Shown here: piece by piece, positions 12,575 through 25,491 of the stretch | Numbering within the stretch: position 1 is the stretch's first letter | How the letters are laid out: every line of letters starts with the position of its first letter | Source: Mobula hypostoma | Taxonomy: Eukaryota | Assembly: GCF_963921235.1 (NCBI RefSeq) | Contig: NC_086097.1 | Span: forward strand, 189,722,001-189,786,000 | Reading direction: 5' to 3' | DNA: 64,000 nucleotides | Program-made: the position numbers and the translations under genes | Notes under the pieces: generated by a model | Told to the model about the DNA's origin: nothing | What the model saw: only the letters and a program-made list of their open reading frames with translations | Database searches by the model: none

Positions 12575-12940
12575 TTGAAACAATGGCTTCAATTTCATCT
12601 TGAGTGTAACTCAGGCAGGTGGCATTTATGCCCATCAATTTGTGCAGCCTTTCTGCTGCTGCTGGCCAGTTGACTGACTTCATGCTTGTTTGACACATGA
12701 AACTTACTCTTTGCACACTTCAGATTGACTTTCAGCTGCACAAGGAGGCGGCTAAGGCAGCTGTAAGACCTTGGCATATCATATCGTTGTCGGTTCATCT
12801 CCTGCTAAAAGCTTAATTTTCTCTAAGCGTGAATCAAGAAATAACAGGAAAGGGAAATTAGAGTGGCTAAGAGCAGGTGAAAGCAACACCTGCAAGATCT
12901 CAGATAGGTGAGAGGAGGGGAAGGCTCAAACACCTGCAGC
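12575..12940. promoter_or_regulatory. Candidate intronic enhancer: homotypic cluster of six GCAGSTG E-boxes plus a SOX-type AACAATGG
   Basis: GCAGGTG at 12615 and 12873, CACCTGC at 12887 and 12931, CAGCTGC at 12733, GCAGCTG at 12757, and AACAATGG at 12579. No TE similarity is recognisable. Function is inferred only. Confidence 0.4.
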
Positions 12941-13319
12941 TTTCTTTGTGGGATCCAAAGAATAAACCCTTTACTTTATTAAAAAGGCCTCTTATGTCTT
13001 CAGACCAGCTCATTACCAACAAGATCGTTGCAGACAACCTGAGCCTCAACTTTTTAAAAATATATGCAATTATGTAATTATCTGCGTAAAAATATTTGGA
13101 TTTCCCACCTATTTCCTTATGAACACCTCTCACCAATTAACACCAAAGTTTCAACTACCTGCAAAACTTTTAAAGTCCATATTAGAAATTTGGACACCCA
13201 GATGAATAAGTGATCTACTGGCTTTTAAATGACCAGTTGATATCAATCTCAGATAATTTTACAAAAAACCAAAGCCAACAACAGCAAAGTACTAGAACCA
13301 TACTGGGTGATTTTCCCTA

Positions 13320-16300
13320 AAGACGTTACGTTGTACAACAGATTAAATTGAAAATAACAAATTAGCAAGGAAAGGCAAAAAGGAAAGGTTTAAAATAAAT
13401 CAAAACAGGAAAAGGTCTTGGAGAAAGCACGGGTGTAGATCAGGGTTGCAAGTGCGTTTGAGGAAATGGGGTTTTAAGCTCCCTATACCGACTATCTTGC
13501 TGACAAACGTGCAGTCTCTGGTGAATAAAATCGATTATCTCAAAGCCAGGGTGCTGAACCCAAGGGACATTATGACAGCATGTGTCCTTTGTTTCACGGA
13601 ATCCTGGTTAACTCCTTCCGTACTGGATGCAGCGATCCAGATTGACGGGTTTACTATACACCGTCAGGATAGATCTATAGAGTCTCTCAAAAGCAGAGGT
13701 GGAGGAGTATGTCTCATGATCAACTCTTCTTGGTGCACAAATATATCAGTGCTGACCCAATTCTGCTCACCAGACCTGGAACATCTAGCAGTAAAGTGCC
13801 GTCCTTTTCACCTACCATGGGAGTTCTCTGGGGTCATTTTGGTCGCAGTTTACATTCCACCTCAGGCCAATGTCAAGCAGGCTTTAGATGATCTGAGTAA
13901 TGAGATCAACATGCATGAAACAGCGCACCCTAACGCCTTCACCATCATTTTGGGAGATTTTAACTAGGCCAGTCTGAAAAAAATCACTAAGCAATTACCA
14001 TCAACAGATTACTTGCAATGCCAGAGGAAACAACACACTGAACACTACACCACCATCAAGAATGCCTACCGCACTATTCCACACCCTCACTTCGGGAAGT
14101 CTGATCACCTAGTGCTGTACTTCTACTCCCTGAGTATAGGCAGAGACTGAAGACTACAGCACCAGTAGTGAGGACCAGGAAGGTATGGGCAGGGAAAGCA
14201 CAGGAGTGCCTACAGGACTGCTTTGAATCGGTGGACTGGACTCTATTCAGGGATTCATCTTCGAACCTGGATGAGTATGCTGCAGTTGTTACTGACTTCT
14301 TTAAAACCTGCGTGGATGAGTGTGTGCCTACAAAGACTTACTGTATATTCCCAAACAAAAAGCTATGGATGAACCAGGAGGTACATCGTCTGCTGAAGGC
14401 TAGATCTGTAGCATTCAAGTCTGGCGACCCAGATCTGTACCAGAAAACCAGGTATGATTTGCGGAAGGCTATTTCAAGGGCGAAGAGATAATTTCAAATG
14501 AGGTTGGAGGCGACATCGGATGCATGGCAAATCTGGCAGGGTCTGCAAGATATTACTTCCTCCAAAGTGAAACCCAATAGCATGAATGGCAACAGTGCTT
14601 CCCTACCAGATAAACTCAATGGCTTCTATGCCCACTTTGAAAGTGAGAATACAACTACAGCTGTGAAGATCCTTGCTGCACCTGATGACCCTGTGATCTC
14701 CATCTCAAAGGCCGATGTTAGGCTGTCTTTGGGCTCGCAAGGCGGAAGCTCCCAATGGAGTACCTGGTAAGGCTCTGAAAACCTGTGCCAATCAACTAAC
14801 CGGAGTATTCAAGGACATTTTCAACCTCTCACTGTTACGGGCGGAAGTTCCCACTTGTTTCAAAAAGGCAACAATTATACCAGTGCCTAAGAAGAATAAT
14901 GTGGGCTGCCTTAATGACTATCGCCTGGTAGCACTCACATCGACAGTGATGAAATGCTTTGAGAGGTTGGTCATGACTAGACTGAACTCCTGCCTCAGCA
15001 AGGACCTGGACCCATTGCAATTTGCCTATCGTCACAATAGGTCAAAGGCAGACACAATCTTAATGGCTCTCCACATGGCTTTAGACCACCTGGACAACAC
15101 AAACACCTATGTCAGGATGCTGTTCATCGACTATAGCTCAGCATTCAATACCATTATTGCCACAATCCTGATTGAGAAGTAGCAGAACTTGGGCCTCTGT
15201 ACCGTCCTCTGCAATTGGATCCTCGACTTCCTAACCGAAAGACCACAATCTGTGCGGACTGGTGATAACATATCCTCCTTGCTGACGATCAACTTCAGCG
15301 CACCTCAGGGGTATGTGCTTAACCCACTGCTCTACTCTCTATATACACATCTATAAATGTACTGATGATACAACCATTGTTGGTACAATCTCAGGTGGTG
15401 ATGAGAGGGTGTACAGGAGTGAGATATGCCAACTAGTGGAGTGGTGCCACAGCAACAACCTGGCTCTAAACGTCAGCAAGACGAAAGAGCTGATTGTGGA
15501 CTTCAGGAAGGGCAAGACAAAGAAACACATACCAATCCTCATAGAGGGATCAGAAGTGGAGAGAGTGAGCAGCTTCAAGTTCCTGGGTGTCAAGATCTCT
15601 GAGGATCTAACCTCGTCCCAACATATTGATGTAGTTATAAAGAAGGCAGGACAGTGGCTGTACTTTATTAGGAGTTTGAAGAGATTTGGCATGTCAACAA
15701 ACATACTCAAAAACTTCTATAGTTGTACCGTGGAGAGCATTCTGACAGGCTGCATCACTGTTTGGTACGGAGGGGCTACTGCACAGGACCAAAAGAAGTT
15801 GCAGAAGATAGTAAATCTAGTCAGCTCCATCTTGGGTACTAGCCTACAAAGTAACCAGGACATCTTTAGGGAGCGGTGTCTCAGGAAGGCAGCGTCCATT
15901 ATTAAGGACTTCCAGCATCCAGGGCATGTCCTTTTCTCACTGTTACCATCAGGTAGGAGATACAGAAGCCTGAAGGCACACACTCAGCGACTCAGGAACA
16001 GCTTCTTCCCCTCTGCCATCCGATTCCTAAATGGACATTGAATCTTTGGACACTACCTCACTTTTTTTAGCATACAGTACAGTATTTCTGTTTTTACATG
16101 TTTTTTAATCTATTCAATATATGTGATTGATTTACTTGTTTATTATTATTTTATTTATTATTATTATTGTTACTCTGCTAGATTATGTATTGCATTGAAC
16201 TGCCAATCTGCGCCTTGTAAAGCATGAAAATGCCCGACGCAGGCCTCTCATGGTCTGAGTCGATGTTCTTCTCCTTGAACTGCTGCTGCTATGTTAACAA

Positions 16301-16345
16301 ATTGCATGTCACATGCCAGTGGTAATAAACCTGATTCCGATTCTG
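13320..16345 (+). mobile_element. Near full-length Rex1/Babar LINE (APE endonuclease plus RT) with stops and frameshifts
   Basis: Motifs include [45 protein letters not shown] and RLRNSFFPSAIRFLN. The tail is AATAAACCTGATTCCGATTCTG. Confidence 0.95.
16204..16274 (+). mobile_element. 71-bp retroposon 3'-end insert in the Rex1 tail
   Basis: 9-bp TSD TTGAACTGC at 16195-16203 and 16275-16283. Confidence 0.75.
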
Positions 16346-17712
16346 TGTCTCTGAGACTACAATTCCACAAAATGTATTTCAGATACTTACAAGAATTTTT
16401 AATTAATTACATTAAGGTTGAATTAATTTTGAAATTATATTTAATATGTGCATTTTTGCTGTTAAGTTGTCAACCAGAGAAAACAAAATTTCAATGTTAA
16501 CTTAAGGAAAATGCACAGCACAGGCAGCACACTCATTTTCTCATGACCAAAAACAAAATGATTTCAGGAATACAGTTGAGCCATAGTGACATAATGCAGA
16601 GCTATTTTCAGAAAAATAGTGTTCTGAGTTACTGCACAAATTGATTTGCATGTCATTGAAGGAAGAATCTGCCAATACTCCGTAGCTTTAACATGAACAA
16701 ATTTATTCTAATGTATCATTTTCATAAATATTCCTTTATTTATCTTTGTGCAGTTTTACCAACATAACTGAAAGCAGATTTATTGCACCAAGTATTGTTG
16801 TTCAGTGTCAATTTACCACCTGCAAGGAAGCAGATTTTAAAATATTGTAAAGGTTATTTAAATATATATAAAATCATTTATTTCAATTGAAATACATCAT
16901 AAAGTAAAAATCATGATCAATATCTGAACAAATATAATATTGGGTTAGGTTTCTAAATGAGCACGATTCAAATTTGTAATTATTTAACCCTATAGTATCA
17001 AGTTTTGTGGGTGGCGCAGCATAATTTTTTGTTTTATATATACACACCATTTTGTAAACAAAAATTGTACCAAAAGAAATAAGCATGTACAGCCTACTAA
17101 TTCACGCTCATTTTAGGTGAAAGGATCTGAATAAAAATCAACAAAAATGATTCACTTCTGAAAAACCAGCAACATTTTGCCACATTGTGCTCTTGCTCTA
17201 CCCCTGCAGCAGTTCCACATTAACCTGCTCAAAATTGTTAACAGGATACTTCTGACGTTTGATGAAAATGCAGCTTAGTATTTTCACAGTCTAGGTTTTG
17301 AGGTGGAGCGCACTCCTCACAGACCAGACGCTCATTCACTCGCACACAAACACTGCCTTGTCATTGTGCTGTCATTGCTGCAAGTGTGTGCACTTCTGTC
17401 TTCTCCGGTATATTCTCATAATTGGCCAACTGGTTTCCATCCACATTGCTACATACGTTCAGTCAGGCACAAGGTTTAGCTTTATTTCATTTTTCAAATT
17501 TGTACTTTACTGTAAGTGTATGATTGTGTTAATCATTCTGCTGTTTGGCACTGTCATTTCCCAGCAGTCAACTGACGTCCGTTGGGTCCTAAACCAAGTT
17601 GATGTGCTCCGGTTGGCTTTATGGTGCCTTTCCTGCCATACATGGCAGAATATTCAATTTCTTTAGTAATTAAGATGTGTAAATGTATATGTGTTATTTG
17701 TATACTATATTT

Positions 17713-19302
17713 GAGATGGACAGAATATATAAAAGAACTTTTTGAAGACCAAAGAGGAGAAAAACCGAACATAAAGAAGAATCTTGAAGGACCTAGCATT
17801 CTAAAAGCAGAAATTCGAGCAGCCGTAAATAAAACAAAACATAACAGAGCAACTGGTCCAGACAACATCGCTGTTGAAATGATACTGACCTTAGAAGATT
17901 TTGGAATAGAGAAAATAACAGAACTAGCAAATTAAATCTATGATCATGGGGAGATACCTGATGATTTAAGAAAATCAGAGTTCATCACACTTCCAAAGAA
18001 AGAGGGAGCAACAGAATGTGAGTTACATCGTACAATAAGCCTGATGAGCCACGTGGCAAAAATTATTCTCAGAGTAATCATGATGAGAGCAAGATGCTGT
18101 ATAAAACCAGAAATCAGTAAAGGACAAAGCAGCTTTGTGGAAAACACTGGAACCAGAAATGTAATTTTCATGCTACGGATGATCTGTGAACGAGCCATCC
18201 AGGTACAAAAAGACATCTACCTATGTTTCATTGACGATACAAAAGCTTTTGACGCTGTCAGACAGCAAGATCTTCTGGAAATGGTTCAAGATCTTGATAT
18301 AGATGGGAGAGATATACGTTTCTTAAGAATCTTATACTGGGACCAGACAGCATCCATCAGAATAGAAGGAGAAGTGAGTGAGTATGTGAATATCATGAGA
18401 GGAGTCAGGCAAGGTTGTGTCTTTTTGCCAGACTTACTCAACCTGTATAGTGAAAATATCTTGAGAAATATCAAAGACATCAAAGGATTCACAATTGGAG
18501 GCCATAATATAAATAACATCAGATATGCTGATGACATCGTACTAATAGCTGACTCAGAAACAAAACTTCAAGAACTACTCACTATCGTGGCAGCAGAAAG
18601 TAATCGCAGAGGCCTCTCAATCAACACCAAGAAGACAGACATGGTCATCTCCAGAAAGACAAACATCCCACAATGTGCGATCAAGATCAGAAATACAAAC
18701 ATCAAGCAAGTCAACAAATTCAATATCTTGGCAGCCTAATAACAAGTAATAGCAGGTGCGACACTGATATCAAATACAGAATAGCAATGGCAAAGAAGCT
18801 TTCCAAAAAATGAAGACCATATTAACAGACAGAAAGATGAGCATGTACACTAAAAACAGAATACTGCAGTGCTACATTTATTCTATCCTGACTTATGGAA
18901 GTGAATGCTGGACCATTTCTCCAGCAATGGAAAAGAGACTAGAAGCAGCTGAGTTATGGTTCTACAGGAGAATGTTAAAAATATCATGGACCACACACAC
19001 ATCAAATGAAGAAGTTCTCAGAAGAGCCCAAGCAGTTCGATCACTCATACCAACAATAAGAGAAAGACAACTCAGATTCCTAGGACACATCATGCGGAAA
19101 GATGAACTAGAAAAACTCATACTCTCTGGAAAGATTGAGGGGAGTAAACCTAGAGGAAGACCTCGGCTTATGTACATCAAAAGCATAGCCAGGTGGCTAC
19201 ACATCGAGGAAATAGAAGTCATCCAAAAAACGAAGGATAGATCTACATGGAAAACCATGGTCACCAAAGACCTCATCGGATATGGTACCTAGACAGACAG
19301 AC
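17713..19302 (+). mobile_element. 5'-truncated RTE-clade LINE
   Basis: Motifs include LMSHVAKIILRVI, KAFDAV, RGVRQGC, IRYADD and GSKPRGRPR. It has a (GACA)n tail and an 11-bp TSD ATACTATATTT (17702-17712 and 19303-19313). Confidence 0.95.
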
Positions 19303-19871
19303 ATACTATATTTAAGGTAGGCACTTTTGTTTATTTTATAATATGATTGTAACTACGTTGTAGGGTGCATCATATTCTAATTCATATGTAGTCTTAAATT
19401 AACTTTGTTGTTTATTAAAGATGGTGGTCCTGGTGCCTAAACAAAAATGGAGCTCCTCATTTTCAGAATGAGAGAGAGATACAGGGTGCCAGGAATTTTC
19501 ATTGGATGAGAATTAATATGGAATTTTTATTGTGTTTCCTTGTAAAGATCATTTTGTAAATATTAACATATTTCTCTTCATTAATTTTCTCTAATTTTTG
19601 TAAGTTTGATTTTTGATACACCTAGTAAATGCCCTTGCACTAAATTGTGAAGCACTACACTTTCTAGTGCCTCTAAAATTTTGTATCTTTAAAGTTTGGT
19701 TAAAGAATTGTTGAAATTCTGACAGATAGGTCTATTAGTATTTTTTCCAGACTTCATTATCTAAGTCCTCATTAATTTTTTTTTCATCTTATCAAAGGTT
19801 GAAGTTTTCCATTGCATTCTGAACTGAAGTATTAATCTAACTCTTCAATAGATATTTCAAATATGGAAATA

Positions 19872-20230
19872 GAGAATCAATTAGAATCAGATTTATTATC
19901 ACTGGCATGTGACGTGAAATTTGTTAGCAGCAGCAGTTCAATGCAATACATAATCTAGAAGAGAAAAAAATAAAAATAATAATAATAAGTAAATCAATTA
20001 CAGTGTACGTATATTGAATAGATTAAAAAAGTGCAAAAAACCCCAGAAATACTGTATATTAAAAAAGTGAGGTAGTGTCCAAGGATTCAATGTCCATTTA
20101 GGAATCGGATGGCAGAGGGGAAGAAGCTGTTCCTGAATCGCTGAGTGTGTGCCTTCAGGCTTCTGTACCTCCTACCAGATGGTAACAGTGAGAAAAGGGC
20201 ATGCCTTGGGTGCTGGAAGACCTTAATAAT
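19872..20230 (-). mobile_element. Rex1/Babar 3' end
   Basis: Reverse complement closely matches the 15900-16345 tail. Confidence 0.85.
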
Positions 20231-20804
20231 GTCCACACAGATTCACTATGTGGCTGACTGAACTATTCCTCCTTGAAGAATTTGTCCTATCGTGGAGTTG
20301 ACCTGTTCACATAAACATCCTCATCTATCAATCAAGTACAAGTGATTATTGAGGAAGGAAAAGCTCAATTAGAATCAGTCATGTTCTCATTCACACTAAC
20401 TATTTTGTTAAAATCTTGAAAAAGTATGTACATAATTTGTTCCAAAGTTCAGCTTGCATTTCCAGAATTCACAGCACTTGACTGCTGGGTTCTCATGAGG
20501 AATCATTGCCATCAGACTGTGGTTGGTTTGAAGATTGATTGCAGCAATCACTGAATCCAAGATAGTGTCATTATTCAGTTTTCCATTAAAGTAAATGCTG
20601 AAGTTAAGTTGTACTATGAATATTTAACATGGATAGACTTGGTAACCTCTAATTTGCAGAAAAGGAGAAACATCCAGGAGACTCATTTTTTAAAAAAATA
20701 TGTAATATGGAATTAGCTCTTTATGAATACCTGTAACGTTAATTTGAAACCTTTGGTTAAGCAAATTCATTATCTAGTACGCAAACAATAAAAGTTGTAA
20801 AAAT

Positions 20805-21740
20805 AGAATAAAAACAGAAAATGCTGGAAATAGCCAGGCAGAATCTGTAGAAAAAGAAGAGGGTTAATGTTTCTGATTAAAGACACTACATCAGAACTGA
20901 GAAAGAGAAAAAAAAGGCAGGATGTCCCAGTGGCTACACATTTCAATGCAGTTTCCCTGAGGCCAAGCTCAAGTGAGAGGGGCAACACCTCATATTCATT
21001 TTGAGTAGCCTCCAATCTGGCGTCATGAACATCCATTTTTTTTAAACTTACAGTAATTTCTTTTCCTTCCCCCTTCTCTCTTTATCCATTCTCTATTCTG
21101 ATAATGCTCTCACCCCCTACGGTTCCCCTCCTCTTTCCCTTTCTACCACTGTCCTTCCTATTTGATTTCTTCCCTCTCACCTAGATCTTACTGACCACCT
21201 GCTGGCCTCTACTCCTCCTCCTCCTCACAACATCTTCTTATTCTGGCTTCTGCCCCTTTCGAGTTCTGCTGAAGGGTCTTGGTCAAAAATGGAGGCGGGG
21301 GGGACTCTCTTATTCCCCTCCACTGACGTCGCCTGACTTGCTGAGTTTTGTGTGATGGTATGTTGTGAGGGGAAAACACAAGTTGTTTTTAAATTGTGGG
21401 GAAGGGTAGATAGGACAAAAATGAATAGCACTGAAACTAGGATTGCCATGAAGATAAGCTGTAAATGAGGTTACTCAGTTCATGGCAGCAGTGAGAGAGA
21501 ATCTAAACAAAGCAACATAAAGGCAAAGAAATAAAAAAAAATCTAAACTGACCTCTGCTTATCAGAAATATTCTCTTTGTCCTTTTGTTCACTCCCCAAC
21601 ACACTTTACATCTTAAAACCCAGCTTTCCCCTCTCTCCTGTACAATTTTAAAGAATCTTCTACCTGATATATTAACTCAATTTCTCTTTCCACAGATGCT
21701 GCATGACTTGCTCAGTGTTTTCTATATTTTCAGTGTTACA
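20805..21740. mobile_element. Cluster of old PLE pLTR/GIY-YIG fragments in both orientations
   Basis: QDVPVATHFN-like coding remnant at about 20918-20950. Degenerate hammerhead-like motifs lie at about 20864-20900 (minus) and 21262-21292 (plus). Confidence 0.6.
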
Positions 21741-22244
21741 TGTTGTCCCCCCTCAATTTACATTGTTTTTTTGCTGTTACTCAAGCAAGTATCCCTTCTG
21801 AAAAAATATTGTCAAATTCTATCAGTTCTGATATTATTTGGCCTCTTAGATAAATAGGAATTTTCTCCAAGGTTTTAATGGTGCCATCTGGAACAAACAC
21901 ACTGCATACTCTATATCCAGATTTAGTGTTTAATTGCCTTTCTAACTCCTTAAAATAATGCATACAAGTTGTTTTATATTTGTTCCTTCTATTACATGTA
22001 CTTGAATGCCAGTTGGCTACTAATTACACTGAAATACACATTTATTTCCACTCAGATACAAACATGGCCTTTGGTCACAAAGTATTGAAGAATCCATGGT
22101 TCATTACATCCGGTAAAGTATAAAAAGAAGCAAAAATCAACATTATTTAATACCTTGCTCTGGTTGTGCCTGAGGAGTATGTAGAAATTCTAATGAGAAT
22201 ATTGAATTTAAATCTTAGAATTCGATTGGAATTACAGATATGAA

Positions 22245-22695
22245 GCAAGGAAAAACCCTTCCTACTGTAGAGCACATCTCCAAGGAGCACTGCCACAACA
22301 AGTAACCATCATGAAGGACCCCCATAAAGTAGGCCATTCTCCCTTCTCACTGCTGCAGCAGCCTTGGGTCCCACACCACCAGTTTCAGGAACAGTTCTTA
22401 GTTCTCAACCATCCGGTCCTGAACAAGTGTGGATAACTTCACTCACCTCAACACTGAACTGAACAGACCCTATGGGCTAATTCTCAACTCATGTTCTTAG
22501 ATAGTTATTTTTGTTTTTTAATTTGCAGAGCTTCTTTTGAACATTGGTTGTTTGTCAGTCTTTGCGTGCAGTTTCATTGATCCTATTGTATTTCCTTGTT
22601 CTACTTGAATTCCTGCAAGAAAATTAATCTGAGGGTGGTATATGGTGCGATATACAGTACATAACTTAATAAATTCACTTCAATTTTTTGAACTT
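22245..22695 (+). mobile_element. Rex1/Babar 3' end
   Basis: CCCACACCACCAGTTTCAGGAACAGTT and the downstream tail are shared with the copies at 39.6 kb and 44.6 kb. Confidence 0.7.
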
Positions 22696-23691
22696 TGAGA
22701 ATTGTGCATCAATATGATAAACATAAATGAATCAACATGTTCTTGATCAAAATGACAAAAATGGGCAATATCTCATCAGCAGCTTCTTATAACCCCTGCC
22801 AGATTTTCTTTCCTGCTTTTGTGTTGCAAAATGGAATTCACTTTCACCTCCAAAGAACATTATACAGGGAGGCTGTTTTGAAGATCAAATATGTTTGCAT
22901 TCCTCAAGAATCACAGTTCTACCAAAAATAAAGGAGAAGAATGATTTGCAATGAAAGATAGATCTGCAATGGGCACATTGTCATTTTTGATAAGAGAATG
23001 AAGATGGTAAGTGCAGCAATATAGAACTAGGATCTCTAAGTTAGTTTTGCTTTAAAGCGTTCTATATTTTTCAAATATTTTTATATTAAGAATGACTGTT
23101 ACAGATTAGTTCATTTTCCAAACACATGCTCAATTAGTGCTGACAATAGTTGAATTTTCAGTTAATTCATGAAAGTACGGGTACAGTATTAATAACTGAT
23201 ACATTTGCGGACAAAAACAGAAGCATTCTTTCTCCTCTACAGGATTTAAGATCTGTGACTCACTACCTAGTGGTACTGCAGAAGTACTTTCACAACAACA
23301 TGGAGGTGTTGGCTCATCAACACTTAACCTAGGCAGTAGATTTCAGTGATGTCCTCCTTCCACAAACAATCTCTAAGTTTACAAGTGAAAAGATGACACC
23401 TAAAAGAGGAATTTAAATGAAAAGAATCATTATGAGTGTCCCCAAAGCAAGGAGAGTCAGTAGACAGATCAATTTGGATCAGTTTACTGTTGTCACATAC
23501 TGAAGTTCAGTGGTAAACTTTACTTTGCATGTACCCATACAGATCATTGAAGCAGTACAATGGAAAACAGTAACAAAGAGGCAGAATAAGGAGCTACAGT
23601 TACTGAGAAAATGCACTGCAGGGAGACAATAAGGTGTACAGCCATAACAAGGTAGATTGTGTGGATAAAAGTCCAATTTGTTCTGCTAGGG

Positions 23692-24857
23692 CAGGGGTCC
23701 CCAACCTTTATCGCACTGCGGACCGGTTTCATATTGACAATATTCTTGCAGACCGGCCAATCGGGGGCGGGGTGGGGAATGGTTGTCAACAGACAAGAGT
23801 AGCAGTCAAATACATTGCGTTACCCCGAGAAAGACTACAATGACCATGAAGCCTTGCGTGGGCACCAGTGCTCATGTGTGCACGTGCCGACGACTTTTCT
23901 GCAAATCGTTTTTGGCAATTCTGTTCGGGGGGGGGTGTTAATCATGATGGGAATATAGGTGATAAGTGGCTAATACACTCAATTTCATTTCTAAAAGGGT
24001 TTATCTAATGAATTTAATATTAAACACGCAGCGCATATTTTCCTCGCATGAATATAGTGATAAGTCAATTATCAGGGGACCTTGAAGTAAGTGTTGAACG
24101 AACTTCCAGTAGAAGTGGTAGAGGCAGGTTCAATATTATCACTTAAAGTTAAACTGGACAGGTATGACAGGAATGGAGGGTTATGGGCTGAGTGCAGGTC
24201 AGTGGGACGAGGTGAGAGTAGCGTTCGGCACGGACTAGAAGGGTAGAGATGTCCTGTATCCATGCTGTAATTGTTACGTGGTTATATAAGTCACTTATAA
24301 GTCAATAGCATCATAACATTTTAAGTAACGTTTGGATATTAAACACACAGCGCATATTTTCCTCATATGAACATATAAAATCATTGCAACGCACCAATAT
24401 TGCTGAATCAGTGGGAGCCCTGCGCTGAATACTTGTTTTCCTGCAACAAGACGGTCCTATCGAGGGGTAATGGGAGACAGCAATACTCGAAGGGGGTTCC
24501 TTATGGGTTCCTATTCCGCAATTTAGTTTTCGTTGCATTCATTGCAGAGATATGTTGGAAATGAAAGCAACGTTTTCAGTGCTTCCGTGTCTGTCTCAGG
24601 ATATTTAGCCTTGACTTTGATCCAGAATGCCGGCAGACATGTTATGTCAAACATACTTTCCAGCCCGCCGTCATTTGCAAGCTCGATGAGTTGATCTCCT
24701 TCCCATGCTGACATGGATGACGCATGCGTAATGAGCTCGCGTGCGTTCGAGATCAACAGTGGGTGTGACAGGGAATGAGGAAAGGTGCAGCTGACTCATA
24801 TCGCCAAATCATATCGTTTCCTCGCATGCCTTAGGGCCCGGTGGTTGGGGACCGCTG
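23692..24857 (-). mobile_element. Non-autonomous hAT (Charlie3/MER1-like) transposon inserted in a LINE tail (about 23475-24965)
   Basis: TIRs CAGGGGTCCCCAACC and GGTTGGGGACCGCTG, with an 8-bp TSD TGCTAGGG (23684-23691 and 24858-24865). A transposase C-terminal remnant reads DQLIELANDGGLESMF...FWIKVKAKYPE...LKTLLSFPTYLC. Confidence 0.93.
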
Positions 24858-25281
24858 TGCTAGGGAACCATTTAATAGTCAGACAGCAGAACAGAAGCTG
24901 TCCTTGCCTGTTGGTGTGGGCTTTAGGGAATTTGTATCTTCTCCACAATTGAAAGGGGACAGAAAAGAGAATTCATTTGTAATAACACATAGGAAGAGAG
25001 AAGATTGGATGTTAATTGTGGATCCATACTTTGAAGACCAACACTAGAGCAGTACAGGATGAAGTAAGGCATGATATGAAGATTAGGAGGCAGAGATCTA
25101 TCTCAAAGAATCTTCCATTATGTAGTTCCTAGTACAGCAACAAGTGTTTTGAATCTGCATTGCAGGCATTGGTTCAACATGTGGGAGGTTTCAGATCTTC
25201 GCCGTCAGCTGTAGGAATACTTTCAGCCAATTCAAACCATGGTGCCGTCTAGCCCAGCTCCTCTAATCTTATTTTGTATCT

Positions 25282-25491
25282 CAAGCATGAGAAAGTCTGT
25301 GGATGCTTGAAACCCAAAGCAACATACACAAAACTCTGGAGGAACTCAGCAGGTCAGGCAGCTTCTACAGAAAAGAATAAACACTTTATGTTTCTGGCCT
25401 AGTCCTGAAGAACGGTCTTGGCCCGAAATATTGGCAGTTTATACTTTTCCATAGATGCTGAATGGCCTGTTCCTCCAGCATTTTGTGTGTG
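25282..25491. mobile_element. Short fold-back PLE pLTR insertion
   Basis: 13-bp TSD TTATTTTGTATCT (25269-25281 and 25492-25504). The inverted arms meet at a degenerate hammerhead near 25401. Confidence 0.85.

Noticed and set aside
12708..12801. Possible 94-nt minus-strand exon (cag|GAGATGAAC...AAAGA|gtaagt; EMNRQRYDMPRSYSCLSRLL...)
   Set aside because: The acceptor is weak, the peptide resembles no RALYL sequence, and it hits a stop immediately in the phase required by the 76-nt exon. A poison exon cannot be excluded but is unsupported.
23243..23349. Plus-strand acceptor followed by a short open frame (GFKICDSLPSGTAEV...)
   Set aside because: No recognisable protein and no supporting partner exons.
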